Of a stretch of 64,000 nt of DNA, positions 28,507-37,652 are shown piece by piece. Within the stretch, counting starts at the first letter, position 1, and every line of letters starts with the position of its first letter. Made by a program: the position numbers and the translations under genes. This DNA is from an uncultured bacterium (GTDB lineage Bacteria; Fermentibacterota; Fermentibacteria; Fermentibacterales; Fermentibacteraceae). The notes beneath the pieces are model-generated. The model saw only the letters and a program-made list of their open reading frames with translations, did no database searches and was not told the origin of the DNA. The stretch lies in contig CAZRWD010000001.1 of the NCBI GenBank assembly GCA_964603785.1, positions 485,638 to 549,637 on the forward strand, written 5' to 3'.

Positions 28507-30045
28507 ATGCGGGATAGAATAGACGTGCGTTGTCTTTCCTATGGCTTCCCGGGAAACCTACAGCGGCGGATCGAACTGGTGAATCAGAAAGAGATTAACA
28601 GGCTGCTCTCAGCATCCATGATCCTCGCCCTGTGCATCTACTACATCCTCCTCCAGTCCAGGGCGCTGATGCTCCCATGCTACATGGACGTGGTCTACTC
28701 GTTCGGATCGGGCGTGAAGCTCTATCAGGAAGGCCACTTCTCCAATACGATGATGCTCTACGGGCTCCTCAACCCGTACGTCGTCGAAGGGCTTCTCCGC
28801 CTGGGGGCCGGAACCGGCAGTTTCATTCTGGCCAGGCATGCCCAGGGGTTCTGGCTGATCCTGGCGGCGCTGGGCATCGCGGGAAGCCTGAGAGCCCTCC
28901 TGAACGACCGGATCTCGCGCATCGCAGCCGCGCTGGCGGGGATGTCGATCCTGGTGTCTGTCCCAGCGTCGATCGAACTGCTCGACGTCAGGCCTGAGAA
29001 TCCGGCCATGGCGGGGATGGCCCTGCTCATGTGGGGAGTCCTCTCCAGGCGGGATTCCAAGCACCAATCGCTTCTTGTCGTTGCGGCCTCCGTATTGCTG
29101 ATCGGCGCCAGGCCTTCGAACGTTATCCTCATCGGCCCGGCGGTCGTTCTTGCGGCCTGCCGGGTTCTGGATCGAAAGAGCTATCGAGACAGCCTTTTAG
29201 CAAGGATGAGGACACCACTTCTCTGGGCGGGTGGCACCCTCCTCTTCTCCATCATTCTCTACCCCTCATACTTCATCCATTATAGCAGCCTCCTGGATCA
29301 GCTAAGGGAGTTCTACTGGCAGCGCTCCCCTCATTCCATCTCCATATCGCTCGCCGCCCTCAATGCTCTGCTGACCTCCGGGTACCTTCTCCTCGCCTTC
29401 CCCGGCCCAGTCCATGCCGCAGGCATCTCCGTCTTCGCGGCGCGGAGCATCAGAAGCGGGAAGCTTGACCGGAGGCTTTTCCCGCTCCTGGCAGGACTCC
29501 TCCCATTCCTACTCGCCTTCCTCTCGGACGAGAACTACCAGCCCCGCCACATGACCCCACTGATCCCGGTTCTGGTCACCATCTCGGTCCTGGGCTTCCA
29601 TCACCTCCTCCGGTCCGGCAGAGCACTCTTCACTTCGGCCATCATCATCCTCGGGGCTGTCTCCGTGACGGAGCACGCGGACCTCCTCGGGAGGAAGTTC
29701 GGTGGAGGCCTGCTCGATGTGCTCGATTACATAGCCTGGACTCGCATCGCCCCGGTTGGGGGGGAAGGCGAGTTCTTCGCGCCGAGGATGTACGAATCGA
29801 CGGCGGATGTCTGCTACCCCCTGGCTCCGTTCTGCCAAACGACCTCCGGCTCGGGCGGCTTCCTCGTCACCGACCGGGTCCGTCCGGAGAGGCTCGTCTT
29901 CTCGTCAGGCTCCGACACGGACTGGACTCGAGAGGTTAGGGCATTCGCGAATCCCGGCATGGGTTCGCTCATCATCCAGTTGAGGTCCCCCTGGACATGG
30001 AGGAGCTGGGGGCCGGTCAACCTCTACGATATCGGCGGAAGATGA
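28507..30045 (+). CDS. Polytopic integral membrane protein of unknown function (possible GT-C/O-antigen-polymerase-like)
   Basis: At least 10 hydrophobic helices and no recognisable catalytic motif. The start may alternatively be Met38 (28618, MILALCIYY). In the lower-GC island. Confidence 0.55.
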   Translation: MRDRIDVRCLSYGFPGNLQRRIELVNQKEINRLLSASMILALCIYYILLQSRALMLPCYMDVVYSFGSGVKLYQEGHFSNTMMLYGLLNPYVVEGLLRLGAGTGSFILARHAQGFWLILAALGIAGSLRALLNDRISRIAAALAGMSILVSVPASIELLDVRPENPAMAGMALLMWGVLSRRDSKHQSLLVVAASVLLIGARPSNVILIGPAVVLAACRVLDRKSYRDSLLARMRTPLLWAGGTLLFSIILYPSYFIHYSSLLDQLREFYWQRSPHSISISLAALNALLTSGYLLLAFPGPVHAAGISVFAARSIRSGKLDRRLFPLLAGLLPFLLAFLSDENYQPRHMTPLIPVLVTISVLGFHHLLRSGRALFTSAIIILGAVSVTEHADLLGRKFGGGLLDVLDYIAWTRIAPVGGEGEFFAPRMYESTADVCYPLAPFCQTTSGSGGFLVTDRVRPERLVFSSGSDTDWTREVRAFANPGMGSLIIQLRSPWTWRSWGPVNLYDIGGR

Positions 30046-30332
30046 GAGGGCTCGGCAGACAAGGACACAGGATCGAAAAAGCACTGCACACCATGCGATT
30101 CGTATAGAGCGAACCTACTATCTGGTGAAAGGTTCAGGGCTGCGATGTCATGAATCGACTGCGATCAACATCTGCATGCAAGGAAGCTCAGAAGCCAGGT
30201 GCCCACGGAAGCAGGGTCCTTCCTGAACGGATCCCGACGATCTGCCAGAGTCCAGCAGTCAGCAAAACCACCCAACCAGTGCCCTGGAACGGGAGTGCCC
30301 GGTCCGAGACAGCGATTAACAGGTCTGGCTCT

Positions 30333-32171
30333 TTATCTCAGCAGAACGAACGACACCCCGCCTTCAGGACACCTTTTGACATGGGCGAAGTACACTCCGT
30401 TCGGCGCGACAGAGCCATCCGCACATCTGCAATCCCACGAGATCGAGACGGGAGACTCCATCTCCCCGACATCGATCGTCGTCACGATCCTGCCCGAGAG
30501 GTCGACGATACTGACCTCGTCCGGGGGTGACCCGGATGAGAAGATCAGCCTGAAGGTGGCAGTATCCCTGACCGGATTACCCGAGAGGACTGAGATATCC
30601 GCATCAGGGCACGAGCCCCCGGGTGACTGCCGTGTAGTCTCCTCTATCCACTGAATCCAGTCGGCAGTGACATTCTCCAGCCGGACCCTGTAGGGGGGGA
30701 GTCCACAGTCCACCAGAGTTCCGGATCCTCCATACATTCCATACACACGTACGAACCTGGTCGAGACGGGGATCCTGATTGCGGAGATCACCGGTGACGG
30801 GAATTCTGCCCTCACCATATGTGTGTTCAAGCCGCTTCCCGGATCATGGAAGGTGTGCACCCAGGCTGCATTGTTGATGAGTCCCGGGAGGATCCTTGTC
30901 CTGGATGTGCAGTAGCTCCCTCTGAGCAGGTGTGCCATCCTCGCATAGGCATCGAAGAAGAGGTCTACATCCTCCTCCGAATCGTTCCACCAGTCCTCGA
31001 AGTTGTAGCCGGGATGCACCGGGCCGGTTACATCGTCGATGTCGGTGTCGAAATGGAGATAGGCGACCCTCCCCGAGACGGCCATGTCGGCGAGGGAGCT
31101 GAGCTGAAACGAGATGTGATGATCCATGCTCCAGAACGCTGACGAAATCTGCATCCACCATGGAGATGAGCCTGCCTCGAGCACTGCGAGCTGTGAGCAA
31201 TGCCCGTGCTGCTCGAGCATCGTTGCATACTCCACGCTTCTCTGTGCGAAGGACGCGTACTCGAAGTATTCGTAGTCCGGATCGGGAATCACCCAGACTC
31301 CCGAGTGCGGTCCGGGATTCATCGGGTCGTTGTACCCCGAGTATCCATGCCAGTCTATCGTCTGAGGAGCGCAGTTGTACGGATCGCAGGCCGTCTCCGG
31401 TGTGAACTCGGAGAGCACGGTGTTCATGTAAACTGGAAACTCGCCGACGTAGAGTCCGGTAACCCAGGGTTGACAGGGGTATCGGAGAGTCTCCCAGAAT
31501 GGTTGAGCCATGAAGCTCAGAGCCACGTCGGCCTCAGGGTTGTACTGCCTGACAGAATGTCTTATCTGCTTGTAGTAGTCAGCGAGAGCACCCTGCTCCT
31601 TCTGATCCGGCGGAAGGTGGTTTCCCATAAGGTCATTGGCACACCACCATAGATCAGATTCACCAAGGGGATTGAACCGCTCCACGCCCCAATCATCCGT
31701 CCATCCCAGGTAAGTCGGCAGGAGCCCTTCGGGGGAGTACCTCTCGGCGAGGAGACTGTAGAAATCCGAAAATAAATCCAGGTTCTCGTAGTCGCAGAAA
31801 CGGGAGAAGCCAGGTGGATTCTTACTTACCATCCATATACACCAGGTTGGTGCCTGATCAGGTCTTGCGGACAGGCAGAGTGAAATGTCACCAGATGGAT
31901 CCTCGGCCGATGCCTCATGGGCGTCCGAGACAATGCTGTCGAGGAGGGCCCAGTTGAAGACTCCTGGATAGAGCACATCCGTCTGTCCGATGCAGAGCTG
32001 TATCGAGGTGATGTCATGCGAGAGGCATCTCTGGAAGATGTCATAGTACTCACAGTCGAAGGAGCCTTCGAGATAGAAACCGAACTCCAGGGGAATCGGG
32101 GCGGGTGAATCGGCAGGCTGGCCCACGCTGACCGGATTGAGGGCATTGATCATCATCATGAGCAAGATCAT
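30333..32171 (-). CDS. Secreted glycosidase-like protein with Por/T9SS-type C-terminal sorting domain
   Basis: Signal MILLMMMINALNPVSVG. C-terminus DISVLSGNPVRDTATFRLIFSSGSPPDEVSIVDLSGRIVTTIDVGEM....SWDCRCADGSVAPNGVYFAHV is a textbook T9SS CTD pattern. Start chosen at 32171; the track ORF has a 108-codon upstream extension. Confidence 0.7.
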   Translation of the reverse strand: MILLMMMINALNPVSVGQPADSPAPIPLEFGFYLEGSFDCEYYDIFQRCLSHDITSIQLCIGQTDVLYPGVFNWALLDSIVSDAHEASAEDPSGDISLCLSARPDQAPTWCIWMVSKNPPGFSRFCDYENLDLFSDFYSLLAERYSPEGLLPTYLGWTDDWGVERFNPLGESDLWWCANDLMGNHLPPDQKEQGALADYYKQIRHSVRQYNPEADVALSFMAQPFWETLRYPCQPWVTGLYVGEFPVYMNTVLSEFTPETACDPYNCAPQTIDWHGYSGYNDPMNPGPHSGVWVIPDPDYEYFEYASFAQRSVEYATMLEQHGHCSQLAVLEAGSSPWWMQISSAFWSMDHHISFQLSSLADMAVSGRVAYLHFDTDIDDVTGPVHPGYNFEDWWNDSEEDVDLFFDAYARMAHLLRGSYCTSRTRILPGLINNAAWVHTFHDPGSGLNTHMVRAEFPSPVISAIRIPVSTRFVRVYGMYGGSGTLVDCGLPPYRVRLENVTADWIQWIEETTRQSPGGSCPDADISVLSGNPVRDTATFRLIFSSGSPPDEVSIVDLSGRIVTTIDVGEMESPVSISWDCRCADGSVAPNGVYFAHVKRCPEGGVSFVLLR

Positions 32172-32182
32172 CTCTGCTCCCG

Positions 32183-33661
32183 TCAGTTCTGCAGGAAGGA
32201 CCTGTCCTGGCCGTCGCAGGCGAAGATCAGGTCTGGCTTCCCGGTTCGAAGGACGTCGGCGGTGAGTATGCCCGAGGAATGGGTCGGATTCACGAGTGAA
32301 ATGAAGGCCACATCGCGGTCGAGATGGTATTCGTCCTGATCCAGAGGGGTTCCGTTCACCCTCACGTTCATGATGCCGTTGACAGGCCCATCGAGGAAGA
32401 ATGTCTGACAAGCCACGTCGATCTCGAGTGAGATCGGACTGGATGCCACCCCATCGCCATCGATGTCGCCGATCGCCAGGGCGGTCTTCGGACATGCATC
32501 CGTGCTCATCCAGGCAACCTCTGCGAAGGATCCGACGCCTTCCCAGTCCACCTCGGTGACAATCGCCCTGGTACTGGTCATGTAGTGCGTCATGCCGTCA
32601 GATCTGCGAACACCCCTCTGGGCAATGACGAGTTCACAGTCCCCGTCCCCGTCCAGGTCGGCCGCATCGATTCCGGCAGTCGCATTGAAGATGTCATCAT
32701 CAGGGCATGGGGGGACGAAAGCCAACGATCCCGTTGTCATTCCAGTCTGAGTGGAAAGACCGTAGCAGATTGAGGCGCCGTTGCATCCGACCCAGTCCGG
32801 ATGATCAAGCCCGTCCAGTTGCCTGATATGATATTCGTTGGCGAACAACGGCTTGTCATCGGTTGCCTCCGGCCAGGAGGGCTGGTCCGGGTTGATAGGC
32901 GGCATGATCCCGGGCAGGAATTCGTAGATGTATGCCTTCGAGATCGAGTATCCCTGCTCCTGTACCCATTTCCAGGAGCACAGCAGATGAACGGCTGCCG
33001 AGGACGTGGCGAACTGGGGGAATCGCCCTACGCAGAAACCTTCCTGCCAGTAGTATCTGAAGAGTTCTCGCGTATCCGTGGAAAGCCCCCTCGGGTCGCT
33101 CTCGTAGAAGCAGATCCTCGATCCCTGGTTTCCACTGAGGAGCTCGAGTCTCCCATCGCGGTCGAAGTCGATGAACTGCAGGTGGATGGTATCCCGGTGA
33201 TCTGCAGACACCCACGAGGGATTGCTCGAGAACGAACCGTTCCCGAGGTTCTCGAAGATCACGTTCTCACCGGAACCGGGCATGACGACAAGACAACCAG
33301 CAGCAATATCCAGATCTCCATCGTTATCATAGTCACCAGCAGAAAGACATCTGTATCCGGCAGTATAGGAAGAGGTCCAGTCTGGGGTTACGCCGAGGAT
33401 ACCGTTTTGATTGAAGTAGAGATATACGTGACCGACACCCGACTCTCCGTAGCTGCAGATAGCTGCATCTAGCCAGGAATCACCGTCAAAGTCAGCCAGT
33501 ATGACGTCCGTGCTCGTCTCGTCACAGGAAGAATACCATGCCGGTTCAGAAAAGGATACCGGATCATCTTCATGAAAGCCGATCATTGTGATCATGAGAA
33601 TACAGGATGTCATTCCTCCTCCTTTGAGTACCTGCAGTAAAACCAACATCATGTTTGGCAA
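32183..33661 (-). CDS. Secreted FG-GAP/VCBS-repeat protein (paralogous in architecture to 25083..26561)
   Basis: DFDGDSWLD, DYDNDGDLDIAAG, DFDRDGRLELLSG, DLDGDGDCELV and DIDGDGV repeats. Possible alternative start at 33613 (MTSCILMITMIGF). Confidence 0.7.
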   Translation of the reverse strand: MPNMMLVLLQVLKGGGMTSCILMITMIGFHEDDPVSFSEPAWYSSCDETSTDVILADFDGDSWLDAAICSYGESGVGHVYLYFNQNGILGVTPDWTSSYTAGYRCLSAGDYDNDGDLDIAAGCLVVMPGSGENVIFENLGNGSFSSNPSWVSADHRDTIHLQFIDFDRDGRLELLSGNQGSRICFYESDPRGLSTDTRELFRYYWQEGFCVGRFPQFATSSAAVHLLCSWKWVQEQGYSISKAYIYEFLPGIMPPINPDQPSWPEATDDKPLFANEYHIRQLDGLDHPDWVGCNGASICYGLSTQTGMTTGSLAFVPPCPDDDIFNATAGIDAADLDGDGDCELVIAQRGVRRSDGMTHYMTSTRAIVTEVDWEGVGSFAEVAWMSTDACPKTALAIGDIDGDGVASSPISLEIDVACQTFFLDGPVNGIMNVRVNGTPLDQDEYHLDRDVAFISLVNPTHSSGILTADVLRTGKPDLIFACDGQDRSFLQN

Positions 33662-33945
33662 GATTCTCTCACAAAGTGCATCTATGTAAATATTTGACTA
33701 TAGAATCTGCTCTAGCAAGATCCTGAAAGGGCATGATAATGGTAATGAATGGGATTATCTGGAACTGAATGCTACATGAACACTCCGAATACTCTCCCCC
33801 TTGATCAGAGGAGACCGATCTCGAAGTGAAGCATGGACTTGGAGGGACCTGCAGTCCATCTCCCATGCTGGGCTGAAGACGCGTTGATCAGGCGCAGGTT
33901 GTGTTCAGCATAGGGATAGATCTCCGGGTCGGGCCTCGGATGGCC

Positions 33946-35364
33946 TCAGTTCACTCCGGAGGCAGTCAGATCCGACATTTCCCCCTCACGCAGAGCCGGA
34001 TCCCGGACAAGGATCCTTACTATCTCCCCGGCGAGTATCCTGTTGCCCTCGGGATTCAGGTGACATCCGGACATGTCGGTGTACACGGGTGTGGTGACGC
34101 TGTCGAAGATCGTCGAGAAGTCATGGAAGCCCTCCGTGCTGTCGGCATGGGTGGACGCATGCTCGCGGGTCAGCAGAAGTAGCTCATTGCATGCGGGATC
34201 GGAGTTCTCCCCGACCGACGCCAGGCCTCTTATCCAGATCGAATCCTCATGGCTCGTCAGTGTCTTGCTCCCGCACCAGATGACGGGCTGCCAGATGAGG
34301 CAGCACTCGAATCCGTAGCACTCCCCGAGGGTCTCGGCGATATCCATGTTCTCGCGGTATAGCGTGAAGGTGCTCTCCGCGAGTCCTGGCACATCGATCC
34401 CGCGCATCTCAAGTGTGACCAGTTCGCCGAAATCCTGTCGGAGGAGTCCGCCGGTGCCGATGAGATGGATCGCCTGTCCGGTGCAGGTCCTCGCCAGCAC
34501 CTCCATCAGGAGGCGGGACTGGAGCCTGAGGATATCCCTGCCTTCCACCCTCTCGGACATCCGGGAGAAGTTCTGGTGCTCCCCCGGTCTGCCCGACTGA
34601 TACGAGCTCCAGAAATCGTTGAAGCCATTGCAGAATACGGCGACGTCAGGGATGTTGCCGTCCCGGATCTCGAACATGAGGCACAGCAGGTCCTGCGTCG
34701 ACACCCACGATATTTGACCGAAGTTGGTCACGGTTACCGCACGATCGAGCTCCTCTTCCAGAAGACCCTGCAGATAGGAGGCCACCGTGCAGGAATCGGG
34801 CACTCCCTCGCCCCATATCGATGAACCTCCGAAAACGAAGACCTTGAGCGCCCGGGGATCCGTGCTGGCTCCCGGAGTGGTCCTGAGACCACGCGAATCG
34901 GTTGTTTCGTCCCCGGAGAGGTAGGGATCGGCATGCCAGACGAGGAAGGATTCGTAATGCCCGAGCACCGAGGAGACCTCGTCCTCCAGCAGGCCGCCGG
35001 ACAGCTCCTTTCTGTGCCTGATCTGCAGCTCGTCGGGAGTCCAGAGTTTGATCACGATAAGGGACAGGATCTCAAGAGCCAGAAACAGCAGGAGAAGGTT
35101 CAGAAGGATCATGGATGCTTGTCTGTAAATCATCGTCGAACGCCTGCCGAGTGCCGCGGTGGCAAGCAGGATCAGTCCGGCGATGAGGATCAGCACCTGG
35201 TTCCGGCTGAAGCCCTCCCCGGCACTGAGACCCAGCCGGTCGGCCAGGAGGGTGGCGGCCACGAGCAGGAATCCGGCACCTGCCGACGCTATTTGCAGCA
35301 ACCTGACCGCGGGGTCGCTCAGACGTCCGGCAGGTCGTCCTTCAGGGAAGGCAGGTCCGCTCAC
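33946..35364 (-). CDS. Membrane-anchored SGNH/GDSL-family hydrolase-like protein
   Basis: Three N-terminal TM helices, then VFVFGGSSIWGEG (block I Ser) and C-terminal DMSGCHLNPEGNRILA (block V DxxH). Confidence 0.65.
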   Translation of the reverse strand: MSGPAFPEGRPAGRLSDPAVRLLQIASAGAGFLLVAATLLADRLGLSAGEGFSRNQVLILIAGLILLATAALGRRSTMIYRQASMILLNLLLLFLALEILSLIVIKLWTPDELQIRHRKELSGGLLEDEVSSVLGHYESFLVWHADPYLSGDETTDSRGLRTTPGASTDPRALKVFVFGGSSIWGEGVPDSCTVASYLQGLLEEELDRAVTVTNFGQISWVSTQDLLCLMFEIRDGNIPDVAVFCNGFNDFWSSYQSGRPGEHQNFSRMSERVEGRDILRLQSRLLMEVLARTCTGQAIHLIGTGGLLRQDFGELVTLEMRGIDVPGLAESTFTLYRENMDIAETLGECYGFECCLIWQPVIWCGSKTLTSHEDSIWIRGLASVGENSDPACNELLLLTREHASTHADSTEGFHDFSTIFDSVTTPVYTDMSGCHLNPEGNRILAGEIVRILVRDPALREGEMSDLTASGVN

Positions 35365-36647
35365 CCGCCGGCGACCTCGCGCGCGATTGTGCTGTTGCCC
35401 TCAGCGTTGAGGCTGGTGCCGTCGTGGTCGATGTACACGGTCTCTGCCGTGTCGTCGAAGACGCCTTCGAGGCTGGCGAAGCGTCCAGTGGCCGAGGAGG
35501 CCGAGTCGGCGATGGCGTACGAGGCGTCGATCAGGTCCATCAGGGCCTGGTCGAGCTCCACGCCTGCGTCGTGGAACAGGACCTCGCCGGCGGTGAGGAC
35601 CTTCGCGCCCCTCCAGACGCAGGGCTGCCAGTAGAAGCGTGCCTCGAAGCCGTAGAGCCTGCCGAGGTCCGAGGCCATGCGGGCGTTGCCCTCGAAGGCC
35701 GCCACGACCTCCCTCGCGAGCCTCTGCGTCGAGATGCCCAGCTCCTCGTAGGTCATGACGGGCTCCTGCTCCTCCTCGGGTGAGAAGAGCCCCGAAGCGA
35801 GCCGCCATGTGCTGGTGCTCCGCAGGACCGCGCCGCAGGGGTCGGCACCCGGCGAGGATCCCGGCGAGAACGGGGCTCCCATCGCCTGCAGATCCAGATG
35901 CGCGCCTGCACGACCGCTCTGCCAGGCAGCAACGACATCCTCCATCCCGCCCAGGAAGATGACTAGGTCGGGTCTGCCGCCGTCCCGCAGCCTCAGGAAC
36001 AAGTCGGTGACGGCCTGGGTCGAGACCCACCCCGGACGGGCCATGTTCATCACCCTGACGGGCCGCTGGACCCGCCCCGAGATCTCCTGCTGCAGGAAGC
36101 AGGGAATGGTCGCGGAGTCGCCGACCAGGGGGCCCAGGACGGTTCCGGAGCCGTACACGAGGACGGTGTAGGCCGTGGAGTCCTGCGACGCGCCCGGGAC
36201 CGCGCGGCATCCGGCCTCCATGGTCATGTACGGGAAGTCCGCCCAGGGGTCGATGGTCCAGGCCACGAACGGCTCGTATACCAGACCCTCCTGCAGACCG
36301 ACCACGATGGAGCCCGATGACCGTGAGGAGCCGCCGCTCACGAGCAGGCCCCTGCTGCCCAGGAGGCCGGCCGCCCCGAAGGAGAGGACCTCCACCGCGC
36401 AGGCCAGGATGACGAGGCTGATGACGATCAGGCCCAGGCCGCGGTAGAGCCCCGGGAAGTGCCTGCCGAGCATCGCGGCCGTCAGGAGGATGGCTGCCAG
36501 CGCTGCAGATATCGCCTGGAAACGCGCAAGCCCTTCCGAGGCTCCCATGCCCATTCCGTCAGCGAAAATCGCGCAGGCCGCCAGCCCGAGGCCCGAGACC
36601 AGGGCCAGGAGCCTCAGGACCGTGACTGTCCCGTCCTTCATCGTCAT
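35361..36647 (-). CDS. Membrane-anchored SGNH/GDSL-family hydrolase-like protein (tandem paralog)
   Basis: Start MTMKDGTVTV after GGGAGGG. LVYGSGTVLG block, WQPCVWRGAKVLTAGE and C-terminal YIDHDGTSLNAEGNSTIAREV; aligns with the downstream paralog. ATGA overlap. Confidence 0.65.
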   Translation of the reverse strand: MTMKDGTVTVLRLLALVSGLGLAACAIFADGMGMGASEGLARFQAISAALAAILLTAAMLGRHFPGLYRGLGLIVISLVILACAVEVLSFGAAGLLGSRGLLVSGGSSRSSGSIVVGLQEGLVYEPFVAWTIDPWADFPYMTMEAGCRAVPGASQDSTAYTVLVYGSGTVLGPLVGDSATIPCFLQQEISGRVQRPVRVMNMARPGWVSTQAVTDLFLRLRDGGRPDLVIFLGGMEDVVAAWQSGRAGAHLDLQAMGAPFSPGSSPGADPCGAVLRSTSTWRLASGLFSPEEEQEPVMTYEELGISTQRLAREVVAAFEGNARMASDLGRLYGFEARFYWQPCVWRGAKVLTAGEVLFHDAGVELDQALMDLIDASYAIADSASSATGRFASLEGVFDDTAETVYIDHDGTSLNAEGNSTIAREVAGG

Positions 36648-36776
36648 CCCTCCCGTGATGCGTCGGAGTTGAATATGCACACGCCCGGCGACCGGGGCAT
36701 GGGTCGCCCAGTCGTGCAGCGAGCCCCCGCGAAGCCCTTTGCTTATCTTCGGTGAACCAAACCTGCGGAGGCGGGC

Positions 36777-37652
36777 GTGCGCGAGCGAACCAAGGCTGTT
36801 GTCTTCCTTTCGGTTGGAACGGCCATGTGGGGGTCGACCTTCCTGGTCATCAAGACCCTGCTGGGGGCCATGTCCCCCGGCGTGCTGCTGTGCCTGCGGT
36901 TCGGAATCGCCTCCCTCGTGCTGCTCCCGTTCGCGCTGGCATCGAGGAGGCGGGCGTCGGCCACCTCCCGCCCCCGCCTGTCCGTTGTCCTGCGGCCCTC
37001 CCTTCTGATCGGTCTCTCCCTCCTGGGCGGCTACGGGTTCCAGACGGCCGGCCTGCAGTACACGGGACCGGGCAAGTCGGCATTCATCACCGCCCTGTAC
37101 GTAGCCTTCGCTCCGTTCGCCATCTGGCCGGTCATGGGCAGGCGGCCGAGAGCCCTGCACTTCGTATCCGTGGGGATAGCCCTCCTGGGCGTGTACCTGC
37201 TGTCCGACCCGTCCGGACCGCTCAACCGGGGCGACCTCTACACGGCGCTGAGCGCGCTCTTCTGGGCGCTGGAGATAGCCCTGATCGACAGGTTCCGGGT
37301 GGAGGGCCGCGAGATGGAGATAACCACCCTGATGCTCGCCGTGGTCGCCCTCGGTTCTGCGGCGCTGCTCCCCCTGCTCGGCGGCCCCGTGCTAGCGCCC
37401 GGCCTTCCGGTGGGACTGGCGCTTCTCTATCTGGCGGTTCCCGCCACGAGCATGCTGATGTTCTGGCAGCTCAGATGGCAGCCCTCCCTGGGCGGGGCCG
37501 TGTCCTCGCTCATCTACATCGGGGAGGCCGCCATAGCCTCCGCGGGCGGTGCGGTGTTCTTCGGGGAGAGGCTCGGGCTGGCCGGCTGGATCGGCTGCGG
37601 GCTGGTGGTGGCCTCCATCCTCATGGCCCTCGGTTCGGAGAAGGACGGGTGA
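36777..37652 (+). CDS. EamA/DMT-family transporter
   Basis: Ten TM segments and duplicated EamA halves (…FLVIKTLLGAMSPGVLLCLRF… / …ALFWALEIALIDRF…). Confidence 0.85.
   Translation: MRERTKAVVFLSVGTAMWGSTFLVIKTLLGAMSPGVLLCLRFGIASLVLLPFALASRRRASATSRPRLSVVLRPSLLIGLSLLGGYGFQTAGLQYTGPGKSAFITALYVAFAPFAIWPVMGRRPRALHFVSVGIALLGVYLLSDPSGPLNRGDLYTALSALFWALEIALIDRFRVEGREMEITTLMLAVVALGSAALLPLLGGPVLAPGLPVGLALLYLAVPATSMLMFWQLRWQPSLGGAVSSLIYIGEAAIASAGGAVFFGERLGLAGWIGCGLVVASILMALGSEKDG

Noticed and set aside
30046-30332. ORFs 30150..30530+ and 30199..30654+ in the convergent intergenic region
   Set aside because: They overlap the 3' end of the T9SS-cargo gene, have no motifs or SD, and are likely non-coding.
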